A stretch of DNA of 64,000 bases. Origin: Heterodontus francisci (taxonomy: Eukaryota). The notes below the pieces were generated by a model. That model was given only the letters and a program-made list of their open reading frames with translations, searched no databases and had not been told where the DNA came from. Of this stretch, positions 61,958 through 64,000 are shown piece by piece; the stretch's first letter is position 1, and each line of letters begins with the position of its first letter. The stretch is from positions 53,321,095-53,385,094 of the forward strand of contig NC_090403.1 of NCBI RefSeq assembly GCF_036365525.1, read 5' to 3'. Position numbers and translations under genes: made by a program.

Positions 61958-63074
61958 TTCCAGATCTCAATTTTTAGACTTCCCCTTTCTCCTACCTCTT
62001 TAGTAAAGGTTTCTTAATTGTACAAAGCCCAGAACACAGTACAGAAGTACTTTGTTACATTAAAAATAGCCGACTTAAAAAAACACTGATATAACATAGG
62101 AGAGAAATTTGGTCTCGTGAGTTGGAGAGAGCAAACACTGCTGCTTCATTTTCACATTTTCTGGGAAGCTATGGGTACACAAATGTTTTAGTGCCCAAGG
62201 CAGAAAACGTTCTTGCTAGCCTCCCAAACAGTATTGTCTGGCAATGAGCGCTCACACAGATTTTACAATTTTAATTCACACCAACCATAACAATGCAGTT
62301 TGGGTCATTGCTGAAGCAGATCAATTGACACAGGCTTCTGTGCGTTGTACTTCACCGTCTGAATCAACCTGGAATGTTAATAAAATGTACATGTTTACAG
62401 TGTTGCTGCAATCATTCTATTGCCTTACCTTCAAAATTGCAGAACTTTCTTTGATACCTTTGCTTGTGCTGGATTGCTCGTGGAATTGGATCTTACCAAA
62501 TTAGCACATTTTCATACTTTGTGCTGTCTTTAGGCAGTGGTTAGGTGAAATCATCTAATGCTGTGTTAGAACAACTCAGCTGGGGTTACTGTTTTTTTGA
62601 ATAGAATTGTTGAGTCGCTGCCAGTCAATGCTGAGTCAAAAGCAGTTTTATGTATTGGACCTACTTCACTGACAGTTGGACAGGAATAGCAAACTAGCAC
62701 AATAGCAACTGACTGTGGGGTGTTACACAATCAAGGAACTCAGATGATGTCATTAGCTGTTCGAATAAAGCTGTATAAAAGCAGCTGACCCCTGAGTTTG
62801 TGTTACAGCCATTGTGTTGCAGTGCAAGCCAGAGCTATGTTTCTCTTGTTCCCATGTGAGAATTTCAGTTTAAATCAAATATATTTATTCTGAGGTATGT
62901 TTCCCTGGGGAGAGAGGTTAGAACATAGATACCAAATGGGTCTAGCACTGGGGACAGCCTTTGATATAAGCATTCATACTTAAGAACATTTGATTCGAGA
63001 AAAAGCTTGTTTCAACCCCATTGGTAAGAACAGTTTTTGCATATGAGAACATTTTGGGCACTTCACCGCCTCAA

Positions 63075-63280
63075 CACAGCAGCTTATATTTATATAGCGC
63101 CTTTAACATAATAAAACATCCCAAGGCACTTCACAGGATCATTCTCCAAGTATGACACTGAGCCACAAAAGGACATATTGGGTCAGATGACCAAAAGCTT
63201 GGTCAGAGGTAGGTTTTCAGGAATATCTTGAAGGAAAGTGAGGTGGGAGGGTAAAATCAGAGGCCAGAATTAAAGGATTG
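63075..63280 (-). mobile_element. L2 3' end
   Basis: 'atttatatagcgcctttaacataataaaacatcccaaggcacttcacagg...gatgaccaaaagcttggtc'. Confidence 0.85.
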
Positions 63281-63507
63281 GACTGAGTTCAGAGAAGAGC
63301 AAAAATGATGATCCAGGCTTGGTGCTGAAAGTTATGAAGAGACACTTGTGGATTAGAACTTGTTTTTGATGGATGAAAGTTGTTGGGGAAAGGCAAATTG
63401 CAAAAAGCATGGCTGATGTGTTTGGAAGAAAGTTGCTTAACTTTGATCACAACAGGACACAAAGAAAAGAATCATCAAGCCGTGAGTAAAGCTCAAGGTT
63501 AGAAGAA

Positions 63508-63851
63508 GGGCGGCACAGTGGTTAGCACTGCAGCCTCACAGCTCCAACGACCCGGGTTCAATTCTGGGTCCTGCCTGTGTGGAGTTTGCAAGTTCTCCCT
63601 GTGTCTGCGTGGGTTTCCTCCGGATGCTCCGGTTTCCTCCCACATGCCAAAGACTTGCAGGTTGATAGGTAAATTGGCCATTATAAATTGCCCCTAGTAT
63701 AGGTAGGTGGTAGGGGAATATAGGGACAGGTGAGGATGTGGTAGGAATATGGGATTAGTGTAGGATTAGTATAAATGGGTGGTTGATGGTCGGCACAGAC
63801 TCGGTGGGCTGAAGGGCCTGTTTCAGTGCTGTATCTCTAAACTAAACTAAA
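63508..63851 (+). mobile_element. HE1-type SINE
   Basis: Reverse complement of 55112-55470, lacking one 8-nt unit in the head; (ctaaa)n tail. Confidence 0.93.
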
Positions 63852-64000
63852 ATGTCCCGCCAGCAGAGTATTGAATGTTAGACTCCTAGCAAAAATAGCT
63901 AACCTTGTTGATTGCTGTTTAAGAACAGACTGAAGCTTGTAAGAGTGTGCAACATTATGGTTCCAACAGCATAGGAAACATTTGAATTTATATAGCATCT

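Noticed and set aside
1-64000. CRISPR array, operon or other prokaryotic system
   Set aside because: No regularly spaced repeats or dense coding; the sequence is a vertebrate intron dominated by retroposons.

Overview
This window is vertebrate genomic DNA, almost certainly from a shark or other elasmobranch, judged by its HE1-type V-SINEs, HER1/CR1 LINEs and a SacSINE1-like DeuSINE. It lies inside the puromycin-sensitive aminopeptidase gene NPEPPS on the + strand. The only host coding sequence I can identify is one 85-nt exon (49331-49415, VRQATNQIVMNCADIDIITASYVPEGGE, equivalent to exon 2), so the upstream intron exceeds 49 kb and the downstream one exceeds 14.5 kb. The rest is a layered set of transposons: CR1, L2 and RTE LINEs, a further LINE family, several tRNA-head SINEs, Penelope-like elements (PLEs) and short PLE-derived elements carrying minimal hammerhead-ribozyme motifs, a hAT-type MITE and a Harbinger-like MITE. 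Many are nested, and several have readable target-site duplications (TSDs). Three observations stand out: the exon begins and ends with the same AG|GTAAGA junction (a candidate recursive-splicing exon); there are two families of hammerhead-bearing PLE insertions, most with 12-17 bp TSDs; and inverted repeat pairs bracket the exon. Almost all ORFs in the supplied track are TE remnants or noise. Family names come from my recognition of motifs, not from a database search, and boundaries of old repeats are approximate.
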